Shown: positions 37,898-47,272, counted from the stretch's first letter. The stretch: DNA of 64,000 nt from Eubacteriales bacterium (GCA_045655765.1 JAZOQA010000022.1:4573-68572); one strand, 5' to 3'. Notes: a model not told the origin generated them from the sequence alone. Numbers and translations: made by a program.

Positions 37898-38497
37898 ATG
37901 AAGATACTTATTGACAACGGACACGGCGAGAATACACCAGGCAAGAGAAGCCCGGACGGAAAGTTTAGGGAGTATCTCTATGCACGTGAGGTAGCAACCT
38001 CTATCGAGAGACGACTACTGATGCAGGGCTACGATGTAGAACTCATCACAAGAGAAACGATTGACGTTCCTTTGGAAGAGCGTGCAAGGCGTGTGAACGA
38101 AATTTGCGGACGTGTGGGCGCAGGAAACGTGGTGCTTGTTTCCATTCACTGCAACGCATCGAAAAACGGCGAATGGGGCAAGGCTCGTGGGTGGAGTGCC
38201 TACACAAGCAAGGGTAAGACCAAGAGCGATGAACTTGCCACTATGCTGTATGTGGAGGCGGCAAAGAACTTTACCGGGCAGACCATACGCAAGGAGTTTT
38301 CGGACGGCGACCCCGATTGGGAGGAGGGTTTCTATATCTTGCGCAAGACGAAATGCCCTGCTGTGCTTACGGAAAACTTCTTTATGGATAATGAGCAAGA
38401 CCTTGCGTACATCTTATCAAAGGATGGATATGAGGCAGTGGTAACGACACACGTTGATGCCATCAAGAAATATGTTGAGGAGTATGGAAAGGCTTAA
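37898..38497 (+). CDS. N-acetylmuramoyl-L-alanine amidase (endolysin)
   Basis: Amidase_3-type motifs: IDNGHGENTPGK, VLVSIHCNAS and AVLTENFFMDNEQD. Confidence 0.85.
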   Translation: MKILIDNGHGENTPGKRSPDGKFREYLYAREVATSIERRLLMQGYDVELITRETIDVPLEERARRVNEICGRVGAGNVVLVSIHCNASKNGEWGKARGWSAYTSKGKTKSDELATMLYVEAAKNFTGQTIRKEFSDGDPDWEEGFYILRKTKCPAVLTENFFMDNEQDLAYILSKDGYEAVVTTHVDAIKKYVEEYGKA

Positions 38498-39089
38498 AAA
38501 CATTGCACTGCTGCTGTTCTTGGTTGTGTTCGTGGCTTCGCTATGCCTCAATGTGCATCATTACACAGGAGGAACGACAGAGCCATATAGGGACACCATC
38601 AAAACCACGTTTGTAGATACCATTCCGTACTACAAGCCTGTGCCGAAAGAGGAAAAGCCATTGGGAAACATTACTGCAAAATTGCCTGTAAGTGTTCCCA
38701 AATTGCCCGAAAGCGTGCAAAAATTTCCCGAAAGCGATAAAAAATTGCAGGATAGTGTACAAAATTTCGGCAAAAGCGTTCCCGAGAACCATTTCGAGGA
38801 TATGGACGAAAAGGTTACTCCCGACAGTGCCGAAGTTATCGTCCCCATTACGCAGACCGTGTATGAGGACAGCACTTATACAGCATACGTCAGCGGTTAC
38901 CGTGCGAGCCTTGATAGTTTGATATTCCGAATGCCACGAGAGGTAACAACAATAACGAACACCCATTACCAAAAGCCGAAGCGTTGGAGCGTTGGCATAC
39001 AGGTGGGATATGGAATGACATTGAAAGGTACACCGCAGTTTGCCCCATACGTGGGTATAGGTGTGTCGTATAACCTATTTAGTTTTTGA
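38484..39089 (+). CDS. Membrane-anchored lysis-accessory candidate (spanin-like position)
   Basis: The ATG at 38484 overlaps the amidase stop. It has an N-terminal TM (IALLLFLVVFVASLCL), a heptad-repeat linker, and a beta-rich C-terminal end WSVGIQVGYGMTLKGTPQFAPYVGIGVSYNLFSF. Confidence 0.4.
   Translation: MERLKNIALLLFLVVFVASLCLNVHHYTGGTTEPYRDTIKTTFVDTIPYYKPVPKEEKPLGNITAKLPVSVPKLPESVQKFPESDKKLQDSVQNFGKSVPENHFEDMDEKVTPDSAEVIVPITQTVYEDSTYTAYVSGYRASLDSLIFRMPREVTTITNTHYQKPKRWSVGIQVGYGMTLKGTPQFAPYVGIGVSYNLFSF
38679..38783 (+). repeat. Five imperfect 21-nt (7-aa) tandem repeats
   Basis: KLPVSVP / KLPESVQ / KFPESDK / KLQDSVQ / NFGKSVP, in frame within the 38484-39089 ORF. Confidence 0.6.
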
Positions 39090-39544
39090 TTATGGAAGTA
39101 ACATTGACAATCAGCAAAGAGTCTGTGTATGACGAAGTGGCGAAGACCACCGAATACACAGGTGCAAAGATGGACGATGAACACGCATACGAAGTAATCT
39201 CCACCACCGAGGAGGATAAGACGATGCTTGAACGCTTTTGGAACGAGTGCAAGAATATGGTTTGCAACTCGCTGAAAAAGGTGCTTGTATCGGAAAATGA
39301 GACCGAGGAGGGAGCGTATGAACTTACATTGGGGCTTTCATCGGCATTTGACGAGAGCCTAACAGAGAGTATGCAACGCAGTCTGTTCTCGTTCTTTGTG
39401 ATGAACATCACGGCGAAGTGGTACACGTTTGCCAACAAGAGTGAAGCAACAGGTTATGCCACCGAAGCCGCCACCTACATTGAGGACATTATGCGCAAGG
39501 CTTTCTATAAGAAACGCCCTACACGCCCCACATACGATGACTAA
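39086..39544 (+). CDS. Hypothetical protein, paralog 1 of 3
   Basis: 152 aa. It shares its architecture with the next two ORFs (...YELTLGLSSAFDESLTESMQRSLFSFFVMNITAKWY...) and ends ...FYKKRPTRPTYDD. Confidence 0.55.
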   Translation: MIMEVTLTISKESVYDEVAKTTEYTGAKMDDEHAYEVISTTEEDKTMLERFWNECKNMVCNSLKKVLVSENETEEGAYELTLGLSSAFDESLTESMQRSLFSFFVMNITAKWYTFANKSEATGYATEAATYIEDIMRKAFYKKRPTRPTYDD

Positions 39545-39570
39545 TTTATTCACTTAATTATTTAACTGAT

Positions 39571-40086
39571 ATGGCAGAGAACAAAAAAACACTGACCGTA
39601 ACCCAGAGGGTTAAGGAACTTATCTTCGACATTCAGAACAAAGCCTATCTAACAGGACAGGCACGTGAGGCAGAAGGTAAAAAGAGTTATGAGGCTGCTT
39701 CCAATATGCAGGCGAGTGATGACGTAGAGAACAGTTACCAAATCCGCCGCTCGTTGGCTAACGCTTTTGCAATGCTTAAAAGCCTGCTCGGAGAGTATCT
39801 GTCGGAAGACAAGACCACGAGCGACAACCTCATCAACAATGAGATTGACAATGACGGCACACTGACTTTGTCGTTTGAGTTGCCAAGCAATTACAACAAT
39901 GCTTCGGCTGACAGCCTCGGCAACAGTATTCACGCTTACTTGGTGGATATGGCATTGGGCGATTGGTTTGCTATCACCAACAAGGAGGATGCAGACACCT
40001 ACATTTCGCACTCGGCTGTAAGTTTGGAGAACGTGAAGCGTGCTCTTTACAAGCGTAGTCGCCCGGAACGCCCCACATACGCCTAA
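39571..40086 (+). CDS. Hypothetical protein, paralog 2 of 3
   Basis: 171 aa (...TLTLSFELPSNYNNASADSLGNSIHAYLVDMALGDWF...). It ends ...LYKRSRPERPTYA. Confidence 0.55.
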   Translation: MAENKKTLTVTQRVKELIFDIQNKAYLTGQAREAEGKKSYEAASNMQASDDVENSYQIRRSLANAFAMLKSLLGEYLSEDKTTSDNLINNEIDNDGTLTLSFELPSNYNNASADSLGNSIHAYLVDMALGDWFAITNKEDADTYISHSAVSLENVKRALYKRSRPERPTYA

Positions 40087-40619
40087 TGTATCCGTGCTGT
40101 GATAGTCGGCAGCAGCAGTCAAAGGCTGTTACGCTGACATTCAAACGTACGGAGTTGCTGTATGATGCCGAGAACTATTCGTTTGTTGAGGGCGACATAA
40201 TGAAAGCAGACGATGAACACGCAAGGCATCAGGTGTTCGACATTGCAGCAAAGGGCAACATTGACCGTGTAACGAGAGTGCTCAACCTTGCGCACGCCGA
40301 ATGTGTGGAAATGTTGTTCCCATACTCCAAAGAAGAGATACCCGAGGGACAGGAGGCGATGACTGACGTAATGACTGCCCCCGAGGAGTACCACATCGTG
40401 CTGAACTTGCCCGATGGATTTTCGCTGACCACTCTAAAACTGCTCACGCATTTGGTACACGAGTACCTTGTATGCAGGGTGCTTGCCGATTGGATGAGCA
40501 TTACCAACCCGGGCAGTCAAGCAAATTGGGAAGAGAAGTTCAGAGAACTGAAAACGAAGATACAGACATCGCTTGTGTCGAGGACAGGAAAGATAAGGCG
40601 CAAATGCAAGCCGTTTTAA
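40086..40619 (+). CDS. Hypothetical protein, paralog 3 of 3
   Basis: 177 aa (...YHIVLNLPDGFSLTTLKLLTHLVHEYLVCRVLADWM...). Its start overlaps the previous stop (TAATG). Confidence 0.5.
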   Translation: MYPCCDSRQQQSKAVTLTFKRTELLYDAENYSFVEGDIMKADDEHARHQVFDIAAKGNIDRVTRVLNLAHAECVEMLFPYSKEEIPEGQEAMTDVMTAPEEYHIVLNLPDGFSLTTLKLLTHLVHEYLVCRVLADWMSITNPGSQANWEEKFRELKTKIQTSLVSRTGKIRRKCKPF

Positions 40620-40625
40620 GAAACA

Positions 40626-40656
40626 AGAGCCGAGGTGCATCACGCATCCCGGCTCT
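40626..40656. terminator. Hairpin between convergent plus and minus operons
   Basis: AGAGCCG...CGGCTCT forms a 7-bp core stem plus extra pairs, followed by CTTCTT. It lies between the stops at 40619 and 40692. Confidence 0.4.
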
Positions 40657-40691
40657 CTTCTTAACCATAAATCTATTACTATGAAAAAAAA

Positions 40692-43550
40692 CTAACGTAC
40701 TTGGTTTGTCATACGTGGCTCGTACACTACGGTGCATCCGTAGAGGCTTTCGGCTTTATCGAACTTGCAGACAAGAGCAAGACGGAACGCCTTGTATGGT
40801 GTGCCTCTGAAACCTCGCATAATCTTATCTACGCTGCTCCATACGGTATGCCAATGTATGAGGTCGTTGGAGCCATACAGCACCTGCTGAACGTGCGTAG
40901 AACGGAACATACCACGCTGAATAATGGTGTTGATGGTCTTGAACGTATTTGGGTCGTCAATCTTAAACGGTCGTGTGATGATGAGTGCTGTGATGTTCTC
41001 TGCCACAGGCTTTGAGAAATCCACGAGTTTTGCACCGTCAGCCATTGCAAGGGCTTCGGGATAGGAATTGACGTTATCCACGATATCGGACCGCATCATA
41101 CCCCACGTTTGAGACTTCAACGAATAGACGTAGGCATATCGGACCGCAGGGTTATATACGATGAGGTGCTGATTGGTGTAGTCGTACACCATCCGGCAAC
41201 CTTGCAGGAACTCATTAAACGGCAACAGGCTGATGTCGTCAAGCGTTATCTGTTCGCTTTCATCGGCTTTGCCATTGAAGATGTTGATTAGTTTGTCGCA
41301 CTTCGGCAGGTCGGCAATACTGAACATTTCCTCTGTGTTGAGGCGGTCGGAGATACACTGTACTGTTGAGCCGCTGATGTGCATAATGCCCCTGTCTGTG
41401 GCAAACAGCACGGCACTATCTATCTGTGTGATGCTATCGGGATTGATAACTACATCACGTGTGATAGGTTGCTTTGCGGAGTACGTTCCTGTATTGGAAA
41501 CCTCCAACGCCCAAACTCCTTCCGTAGTGAATGCATAGAGTGGGAACTGTCCGAACTGACCCTCTGACAATGCTTTTGCGGCAGCACAAATGCCGAGAAT
41601 GTTTCCTGTTCCTACGGTGTTGATACCGAGTACCGGGAAATAGAACGGATTGTTTACCTCGGAAGTGTAGATTTTGTTTGATATTTCGATTGGGAAGTTG
41701 CTCGCTTCCTCTGTCGAATACATCGGGTATGATATAGTTGGTAACGATGTGAAGTTCTTTTCTCTCACCAACTCATAATCAAGTATAGCATATGCCCCAT
41801 TCAAAAACTCGTGTGGTTTCAAATCAACCGCATAGCAAGCAGACGAATAGTTGTATATAACCATTTTGTAGGCATTAGGATTTGGATAAAACATATAGCA
41901 CCCCCACGAATGTTTACTCATAGATGTACTTCCATCACCGTGAGTCAATTCACCACTATTAAATAGGGCAAGATAACACATATCGTAATAATCCGTACTA
42001 CACTCTACTCGATAATCCGTACCATTCTCTTTGATATATACCGCAATGGAATAACTATCTGATGAGAACGGTGATACTGTTACGCCTAATGTCGTTCCGC
42101 TTAATTGCCAACTATAACGTCCGTTGCAATATGCGAACATTGATTGGGCAAGAAACCCGATAAATGGTTTTCTCCTCAATCCTGCCAAGTTTATACGACC
42201 ATTGTAAACAAATGAATAGTCTGCATATAATTGGTCGCGCGACAAATAATCGTCCGTCATTACCTCACGAGTAACTAATGATTGCAGGTATTCGTTCTCT
42301 ACAACAATATCCTTGCGTGTATTGTCAGCAAGAGCATCGGAAATTTCAATAGAACACAACTTATAGAATGTGGACGTATTCTGTAGTGTTTCGTTAACCT
42401 TTCCTTCTGTAAACTCTGGCAGATGGAATGTTGTGGACGGATATGTTCTATCCGATGAATAATACATCGCATAGATGCGTGAATACTCCCACTCGCAATA
42501 ATAGTTGAGGAACTCCTTTGAAGTAAAATTACCGAGCAATTTATCTTCCGCTTTTGAAGATGTTGTAGTAGTCGGGTTGTCTGCATAAAGGCGACCGATA
42601 AACTTTGTTGTGTAGTTATCAGTGTCGGCAAATGATGTAATCTTTCCGTTTTGGTCGTAAGTGTATATCGGCTTCGACACAAAGACCTCGATACTCTTTA
42701 CAATGTCTGCCCAATCTTCAAGGTAGTAAGAGTCTGTATTGCGTATTATGCGATAATCCAAAGAGGAAGCGACCAACATAATATCGCATTCAGCAGACGA
42801 ATAACTGCCCTTGCCGGATGCACGTTTCCAAAACACAATAGGCGCAGCCTTTGTGCTTGGGTTCATAAGAATAGGCGCAGAGTGATATATTAGCGACCCA
42901 TCATATAATTTCAACGCATAACGAACAAAGAAAGGGAAGCAGAAACGCCCTCTATTCACAGTCTCCTGTGCAACGAATTTGTTTACCTTGGCCATTATTT
43001 GGTTGGTAATTGTTGTTTTGTTATCTTCCGACAACTCATTAAACAATGCACCCTCCGAAATTCCGTTAAAAGATATGGTAAAGGTGCTTTTGCTACTATC
43101 AGAAAGAGAAAACAAACGAGGACGACCAACAAGACCAAAAGAAACTTCTACATCAGGGATATGATTACCCAATTCGTAATACTTGTCATCTTTCCAAAGG
43201 AAATAGTATATACCATTCTTGGTAAATGCGAGCAACGTGTTTCCTATCGCATTGAAATGCGATGTCTCATACAGAGAACCAATGGTTATTCTACTCTTTG
43301 TTTTGCTGTCAATTGAATAAGCCTTTCGGGTGTTGTCCGAATATACGATATAATGCTCGAAAGAAGCCGTTTTGTGAATAAACTCGACACTCTCTCCGCT
43401 TTCGAGTTGCAGAACTAATGACGGTGGCAGTACAGGTTTCATTGTTCCGTCCTCCTGTATCAACCCCATTGTGGTAGCCAAATCGCCATCGGCACATTCA
43501 TAGTCCGAGGGGTTGGCTGAATATCCATTGTATTTAATCTCCTTAATCAT
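40692..43550 (-). CDS. Large hypothetical protein (952 aa), possibly a virion or tail component
   Basis: A long ORF with beta-rich, Y/N/S/T-rich composition. It is the last gene of the minus-strand operon. No motif recognised. The composition changes within the gene (see findings). Confidence 0.6.
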   Translation of the reverse strand: MIKEIKYNGYSANPSDYECADGDLATTMGLIQEDGTMKPVLPPSLVLQLESGESVEFIHKTASFEHYIVYSDNTRKAYSIDSKTKSRITIGSLYETSHFNAIGNTLLAFTKNGIYYFLWKDDKYYELGNHIPDVEVSFGLVGRPRLFSLSDSSKSTFTISFNGISEGALFNELSEDNKTTITNQIMAKVNKFVAQETVNRGRFCFPFFVRYALKLYDGSLIYHSAPILMNPSTKAAPIVFWKRASGKGSYSSAECDIMLVASSLDYRIIRNTDSYYLEDWADIVKSIEVFVSKPIYTYDQNGKITSFADTDNYTTKFIGRLYADNPTTTTSSKAEDKLLGNFTSKEFLNYYCEWEYSRIYAMYYSSDRTYPSTTFHLPEFTEGKVNETLQNTSTFYKLCSIEISDALADNTRKDIVVENEYLQSLVTREVMTDDYLSRDQLYADYSFVYNGRINLAGLRRKPFIGFLAQSMFAYCNGRYSWQLSGTTLGVTVSPFSSDSYSIAVYIKENGTDYRVECSTDYYDMCYLALFNSGELTHGDGSTSMSKHSWGCYMFYPNPNAYKMVIYNYSSACYAVDLKPHEFLNGAYAILDYELVREKNFTSLPTISYPMYSTEEASNFPIEISNKIYTSEVNNPFYFPVLGINTVGTGNILGICAAAKALSEGQFGQFPLYAFTTEGVWALEVSNTGTYSAKQPITRDVVINPDSITQIDSAVLFATDRGIMHISGSTVQCISDRLNTEEMFSIADLPKCDKLINIFNGKADESEQITLDDISLLPFNEFLQGCRMVYDYTNQHLIVYNPAVRYAYVYSLKSQTWGMMRSDIVDNVNSYPEALAMADGAKLVDFSKPVAENITALIITRPFKIDDPNTFKTINTIIQRGMFRSTHVQQVLYGSNDLIHWHTVWSSVDKIMRGFRGTPYKAFRLALVCKFDKAESLYGCTVVYEPRMTNQVR

Positions 43551-43915
43551 AATATATACTTAATGATGATTGGTAATGCTGTTCCGTAGTGCTGTAACTC
43601 GACAGGAGTACCGCAGCACAAACGCACCTTGTCGCCACCTCCACAGCGAGACATAATGTAGCGGCAGAGCGTGATTGATGAGGCTACGCAATGGTGTCCG
43701 TTCTTGTTGGAGCGGAATACCATTCCCTCGTGTTTGCCGACAACAGGCGCACGATGCTTGACGTACAAATATGTTTCGCCTGTCCCCTCCATTATATCAA
43801 CAACATCGCCGTGTGCCAAGCCAAGCGACTTTGACACACGAGCGGATATGTTGATACGTCCCCCACGATGAAAGGTTATATCAGCCTTTCGTGTATTTCC
43901 TAATATGCTTTGCAT
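43547..43915 (-). CDS. Hypothetical protein with an AbrB/SpoVT-like motif (weak)
   Basis: GRINISARVSKSLGLAHGDVVDI resembles the swapped-hairpin DNA-binding motif. The ORF opens at 43996, but Met28 (43915) reduces the overlap with the upstream ORF. Confidence 0.4.
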   Translation of the reverse strand: MQSILGNTRKADITFHRGGRINISARVSKSLGLAHGDVVDIMEGTGETYLYVKHRAPVVGKHEGMVFRSNKNGHHCVASSITLCRYIMSRCGGGDKVRLCCGTPVELQHYGTALPIIIKYIL

Positions 43916-44300
43916 CGGGTCGGTCGAATTGATAATATAACTTACCTTGTGTTGTCCGGCAGACAGAGACTGACAATTTGACACGCTGTGTGGCATTCAG
44001 TCCGTAGTTATAGAGAATATGACCGACAGACGGACAGAGTGTTTCAAATCCGATGCAGCGGTATTTGTCGTTATACTGAATATCGCACATCTGTGTTGGC
44101 TGCTCTATACCGGGATTGGTCATAAATCCATAACTATGTTCTACCTTGAACACGAATACACGAGCCTCATCGCCCTCGTGGGCGTTGTCCTTGGTGTGGT
44201 TGAACAACGCCTTTGAGAGTGTAACAGAGTTATCGGCAGGGTCGGCAATGACGTAGTACCGAAGCGACTGCCACCATTTTTTTACTTTCTTGAATATCAT
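43881..44300 (-). CDS. Hypothetical protein (139 aa)
   Basis: An ORF in the same operon with protein-like composition. Confidence 0.45.
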   Translation of the reverse strand: MIFKKVKKWWQSLRYYVIADPADNSVTLSKALFNHTKDNAHEGDEARVFVFKVEHSYGFMTNPGIEQPTQMCDIQYNDKYRCIGFETLCPSVGHILYNYGLNATQRVKLSVSVCRTTQGKLYYQFDRPDAKHIRKYTKG

Positions 44301-44336
44301 AGTCCAAAAATAACGTAAGGTTGTGTTCTGTATGGT

Positions 44337-44573
44337 TTAACTTCTTACCGTTGCATCAAGAAATATTTTGCGAGAGCGGAACGATACCGTTTCAACGAAG
44401 CGGAACGACATTGTTGTTTCAATCTCCATACGGTGTTTCTCGGCAGCTTCACGAGTGGCGAAGATGTACGAGCAAATTTCCTGTTTGGCTACGCCTTTGG
44501 TGGCGATGATGTTGGCGTAATACTTACGTCCGAGAAGAAATGCAATGATTTCTGTCAATACTGTTGAGTGCAT
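44337..44573 (-). CDS. Hypothetical protein (78 aa)
   Basis: An ORF in the operon. No motif recognised. Confidence 0.4.
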   Translation of the reverse strand: MHSTVLTEIIAFLLGRKYYANIIATKGVAKQEICSYIFATREAAEKHRMEIETTMSFRFVETVSFRSRKIFLDATVRS

Positions 44574-44584
44574 AATGTAATTAT

Positions 44585-44779
44585 TTAATCGTTAAACAAA
44601 TTGGTCTGTTTGGGAGGTTGAGGTGTGCCGATGATTTTATTCACACGCTCAATCTCATTATCAATTTCGGTTTCAAGAGCCTTGCTGTTACGCAGGGCGG
44701 TTTGGTTGCGAGTTTTGAAATACTCCTTTTGAGCCTTACGCATAAGGGCAACCTTTTGGAAGAATGTTTTTGCGTCCAT
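44585..44779 (-). CDS. Hypothetical helical protein (64 aa)
   Basis: The ATG at 44779 follows the methyltransferase stop (44781-44783) by 1 nt. Sequence: MDAKTFFQKVALMRKAQKEYFKTRNQ... Confidence 0.45.
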   Translation of the reverse strand: MDAKTFFQKVALMRKAQKEYFKTRNQTALRNSKALETEIDNEIERVNKIIGTPQPPKQTNLFND

Positions 44780-44780
44780 A

Positions 44781-46385
44781 TCAAGCAGCGTTCTTAAAGT
44801 GTTCTTTGAGTTTGGCGCATAGAGCCTCACACCAACGGCGAGCGATTGTAACCTCTACGGCATTGCCGATGTACTTCTTCTGCTCAGCCTGTGTGCCTAC
44901 CAATACATAGTCATCGGGGAAACCCATAATCTTTTTGAGTTCGGGAACTTTGAGCATACGCATCTTAATATCTACGATGCCGTATAGAGCCATAAATTCC
45001 TTGATTTTAGCCGTCATTGGGCTGTCGGTAGTATAAACCTCTATCGCAGCCTCTCCGCTCTCCGTAGCGACCAAATAAGGCGGCATTTTATCCATTCTCG
45101 CAATGAGTGTGAAGCAAGGTTTATCGACCGAGCCTCCGGGCGACTTGTATTGAGGGTTGAGAAGATAATGTCTCTTTACTGATACAAGGTTGAACTTTGG
45201 ATTTGTCGTTACTGTATTGGCAGGCTCTTCCAATGATGCAGGAGTACCGTTGCCGTACTGCATATCAATAAACCGTTCTGTCTGTATGATAGAAAGGCGG
45301 TCTTTTGTTGTCAGCGTTGGCGATGCTCCATCAATGGAATGATTATGCCCATTGCCGTAATATGCCGAAATAAATGCGTGGTGGTCTTTGCAGGTGATTG
45401 CTCCGGCAGGTGCTTCGACCGACACGTTTTTGCTCATTGGGTCGCCACTGAACTGCTTGGAAAGAAACGATACCTTTGCCAATCCGAGGCGGTTTTGCGT
45501 GGCAACAGTGGGGCAAGGCTCATCAATGGACGGCGGTATGTGTTTTCCTGTTCGCTTATTGACTGAATTGTACTTTACAAGGAACGCATCTTTGCCACCT
45601 GCTACAAACTTTATCAGCCCTGCATAGATACGCTCCAATGTAGCCTCAACAAGCGGTTTCTTACGTCCGAAGATGCTGTCGCCCTCATCATCGAAGTCCA
45701 GGCACTCACGCACAGGTCTCCATTTCTCCAAAGTTCCAAAGAGTGATGCAGAACCCTCTTTGCTGTGTGTGGCTTCGGGGAACGTGATAGGCAAACCTTT
45801 CTTGGCAAAGATACCGAAGAAGCGTTTGCGTGAGGTGTACGCACCGTAATCGGCAGCATTGAGTATGCGGAAATCAAAGTTATAGCCGTACTTCTTGACG
45901 TTGCGTACCCAACGTGTGTAACTCTTGCCCTTATCCATTGATACAGGCTTTCCGTTTTCGTCCACATCGCCCCACGACATAAATTCCTCTACGTTCTCAA
46001 TCTGAATGTAGTCGGGGTTGATTGCTTCGATGTAACGGAACAGGTGTTCAGCGAGTGTGCGGCTATCTGCATCACGAGGCATACCGCCTTTTGCTTTGCT
46101 GAAATTGGTACACTCCAACGATGCCCACAGCACTACCAACGCATCGGGGTACTGACGGCGGCAGCTTTGCAGATGCGTGAGCAATGGCGAGAGTTCCAAT
46201 GTTCGTATATCCTCGGTGAAGTGCATTGCCTCCGGGTGATTGGCTGCGTGTGAGGCAATGGCGTTCTTGTCGTGATTGACACAGGCTACAACCTGCGCAC
46301 ACTGTTTGTCATCGAGACGTGCGGAGTTTACGCCGGAGGAAGTTCCCCCGGCTCCGCAAAAGAGGTCTATGTATAGTAGTTTCAT
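44781..46385 (-). CDS. DNA cytosine-5 methyltransferase
   Basis: Motif I DLFCGAGGTSSG, a catalytic Cys motif SLECTNFS, ENV motif QIENVEEF, RKRFFGIF, and C-terminal GNAVEV. Confidence 0.8.
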   Translation of the reverse strand: MKLLYIDLFCGAGGTSSGVNSARLDDKQCAQVVACVNHDKNAIASHAANHPEAMHFTEDIRTLELSPLLTHLQSCRRQYPDALVVLWASLECTNFSKAKGGMPRDADSRTLAEHLFRYIEAINPDYIQIENVEEFMSWGDVDENGKPVSMDKGKSYTRWVRNVKKYGYNFDFRILNAADYGAYTSRKRFFGIFAKKGLPITFPEATHSKEGSASLFGTLEKWRPVRECLDFDDEGDSIFGRKKPLVEATLERIYAGLIKFVAGGKDAFLVKYNSVNKRTGKHIPPSIDEPCPTVATQNRLGLAKVSFLSKQFSGDPMSKNVSVEAPAGAITCKDHHAFISAYYGNGHNHSIDGASPTLTTKDRLSIIQTERFIDMQYGNGTPASLEEPANTVTTNPKFNLVSVKRHYLLNPQYKSPGGSVDKPCFTLIARMDKMPPYLVATESGEAAIEVYTTDSPMTAKIKEFMALYGIVDIKMRMLKVPELKKIMGFPDDYVLVGTQAEQKKYIGNAVEVTIARRWCEALCAKLKEHFKNAA

Positions 46386-46543
46386 AACTCGGGATATGTT
46401 GCTAATTGATAATCTTCTTTTTCCTTATCTGTTAGGCTATTGTAGCAATCTTCGCATAATACAGGGTATCCGTGTTCTTCCTCGAAATATACTCCGCATA
46501 ATTGGCAACAAAAGCCGTCTATCATATCTTGTGCGATGCTCAT
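46382..46543 (-). CDS. Small zinc-ribbon protein (53 aa; below the ORF-track cutoff)
   Basis: MSIAQDMIDGFCCQLCGVYFEEEHGYPVLCEDCYNSL... has two CxxC pairs. Its stop overlaps the methyltransferase ATG (ATGA). Its start lies 1 nt after the upstream stop. Confidence 0.5.
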   Translation of the reverse strand: MSIAQDMIDGFCCQLCGVYFEEEHGYPVLCEDCYNSLTDKEKEDYQLATYPEL

Positions 46544-46544
46544 A

Positions 46545-47012
46545 TCAGTATCTTAAATCAGTGAAATGAATTATACCTCCCTTGAATACTTTATCCTCCT
46601 TTGGGTCTTTGCCGAAAAACCATTCTTTGAAATCCTGAACAGAAAGTCCGTCATTCTTGGCAAGGGTGTAGCAATCTGCATCGAGCCATTCACGACCATC
46701 AATCTTTGCTGTTATGGTGTCGTTGTCGGCGTGGTAGTAGAGTTCCACAGGTTGAACACCGATTGGGTTGTGTCGCTGTGCTATCTCCACCTGTGGCGAG
46801 TTGTAAGGTCTGCCGGACCACTGACGTATGGAGAGATAGAATTTCCCTCGTTCCATTTTCTCTGCATTGACGTTCCACAGGTCGTAGTTACTGCGGATTG
46901 TGTGCTTCTTCTCTCCCGAAGCGAGTTTGTTTGCAAAGCCTGTCGGCTCACCTCGGCGGCTGTGTGTTACCGGGAACACACGTGATAGGGTTATGATGAT
47001 TTTCTTTTTCAT
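46545..47012 (-). CDS. Hypothetical protein (ASCH/PUA-like; weak)
   Basis: 155 aa. The GEKKHTIRSNYDLW motif resembles ASCH-type beta-barrels. Confidence 0.45.
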   Translation of the reverse strand: MKKKIIITLSRVFPVTHSRRGEPTGFANKLASGEKKHTIRSNYDLWNVNAEKMERGKFYLSIRQWSGRPYNSPQVEIAQRHNPIGVQPVELYYHADNDTITAKIDGREWLDADCYTLAKNDGLSVQDFKEWFFGKDPKEDKVFKGGIIHFTDLRY

Positions 47013-47269
47013 AAGCGAAATCTTAAATTTCTTGGGTTACCGCTTGCAGATGTACCTTGGCGACCGAGTCTGCTTTTTGGATATTGTTCCTTCAAAACTT
47101 TCAATGCCTTTCCAAATTGGTTTCTGCTATATACCGCAGTATGTGGTCTTAACCTACAAATGTGTTTGCCGCATACATCTACCAATGTGTAGTAGAAGAA
47201 GCAATCAAAATCTGTTAAGAAAGAAAGGTAAATTCTCTTAGCAATCTTTTTGGCAATACGTTTCTTCAT
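47009..47269 (-). CDS. Hypothetical basic protein (86 aa)
   Basis: An ORF with a 4-nt overlap with the next gene. AT-rich segment. Confidence 0.4.
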   Translation of the reverse strand: MKKRIAKKIAKRIYLSFLTDFDCFFYYTLVDVCGKHICRLRPHTAVYSRNQFGKALKVLKEQYPKSRLGRQGTSASGNPRNLRFRL

Positions 47270-47272
47270 ACA

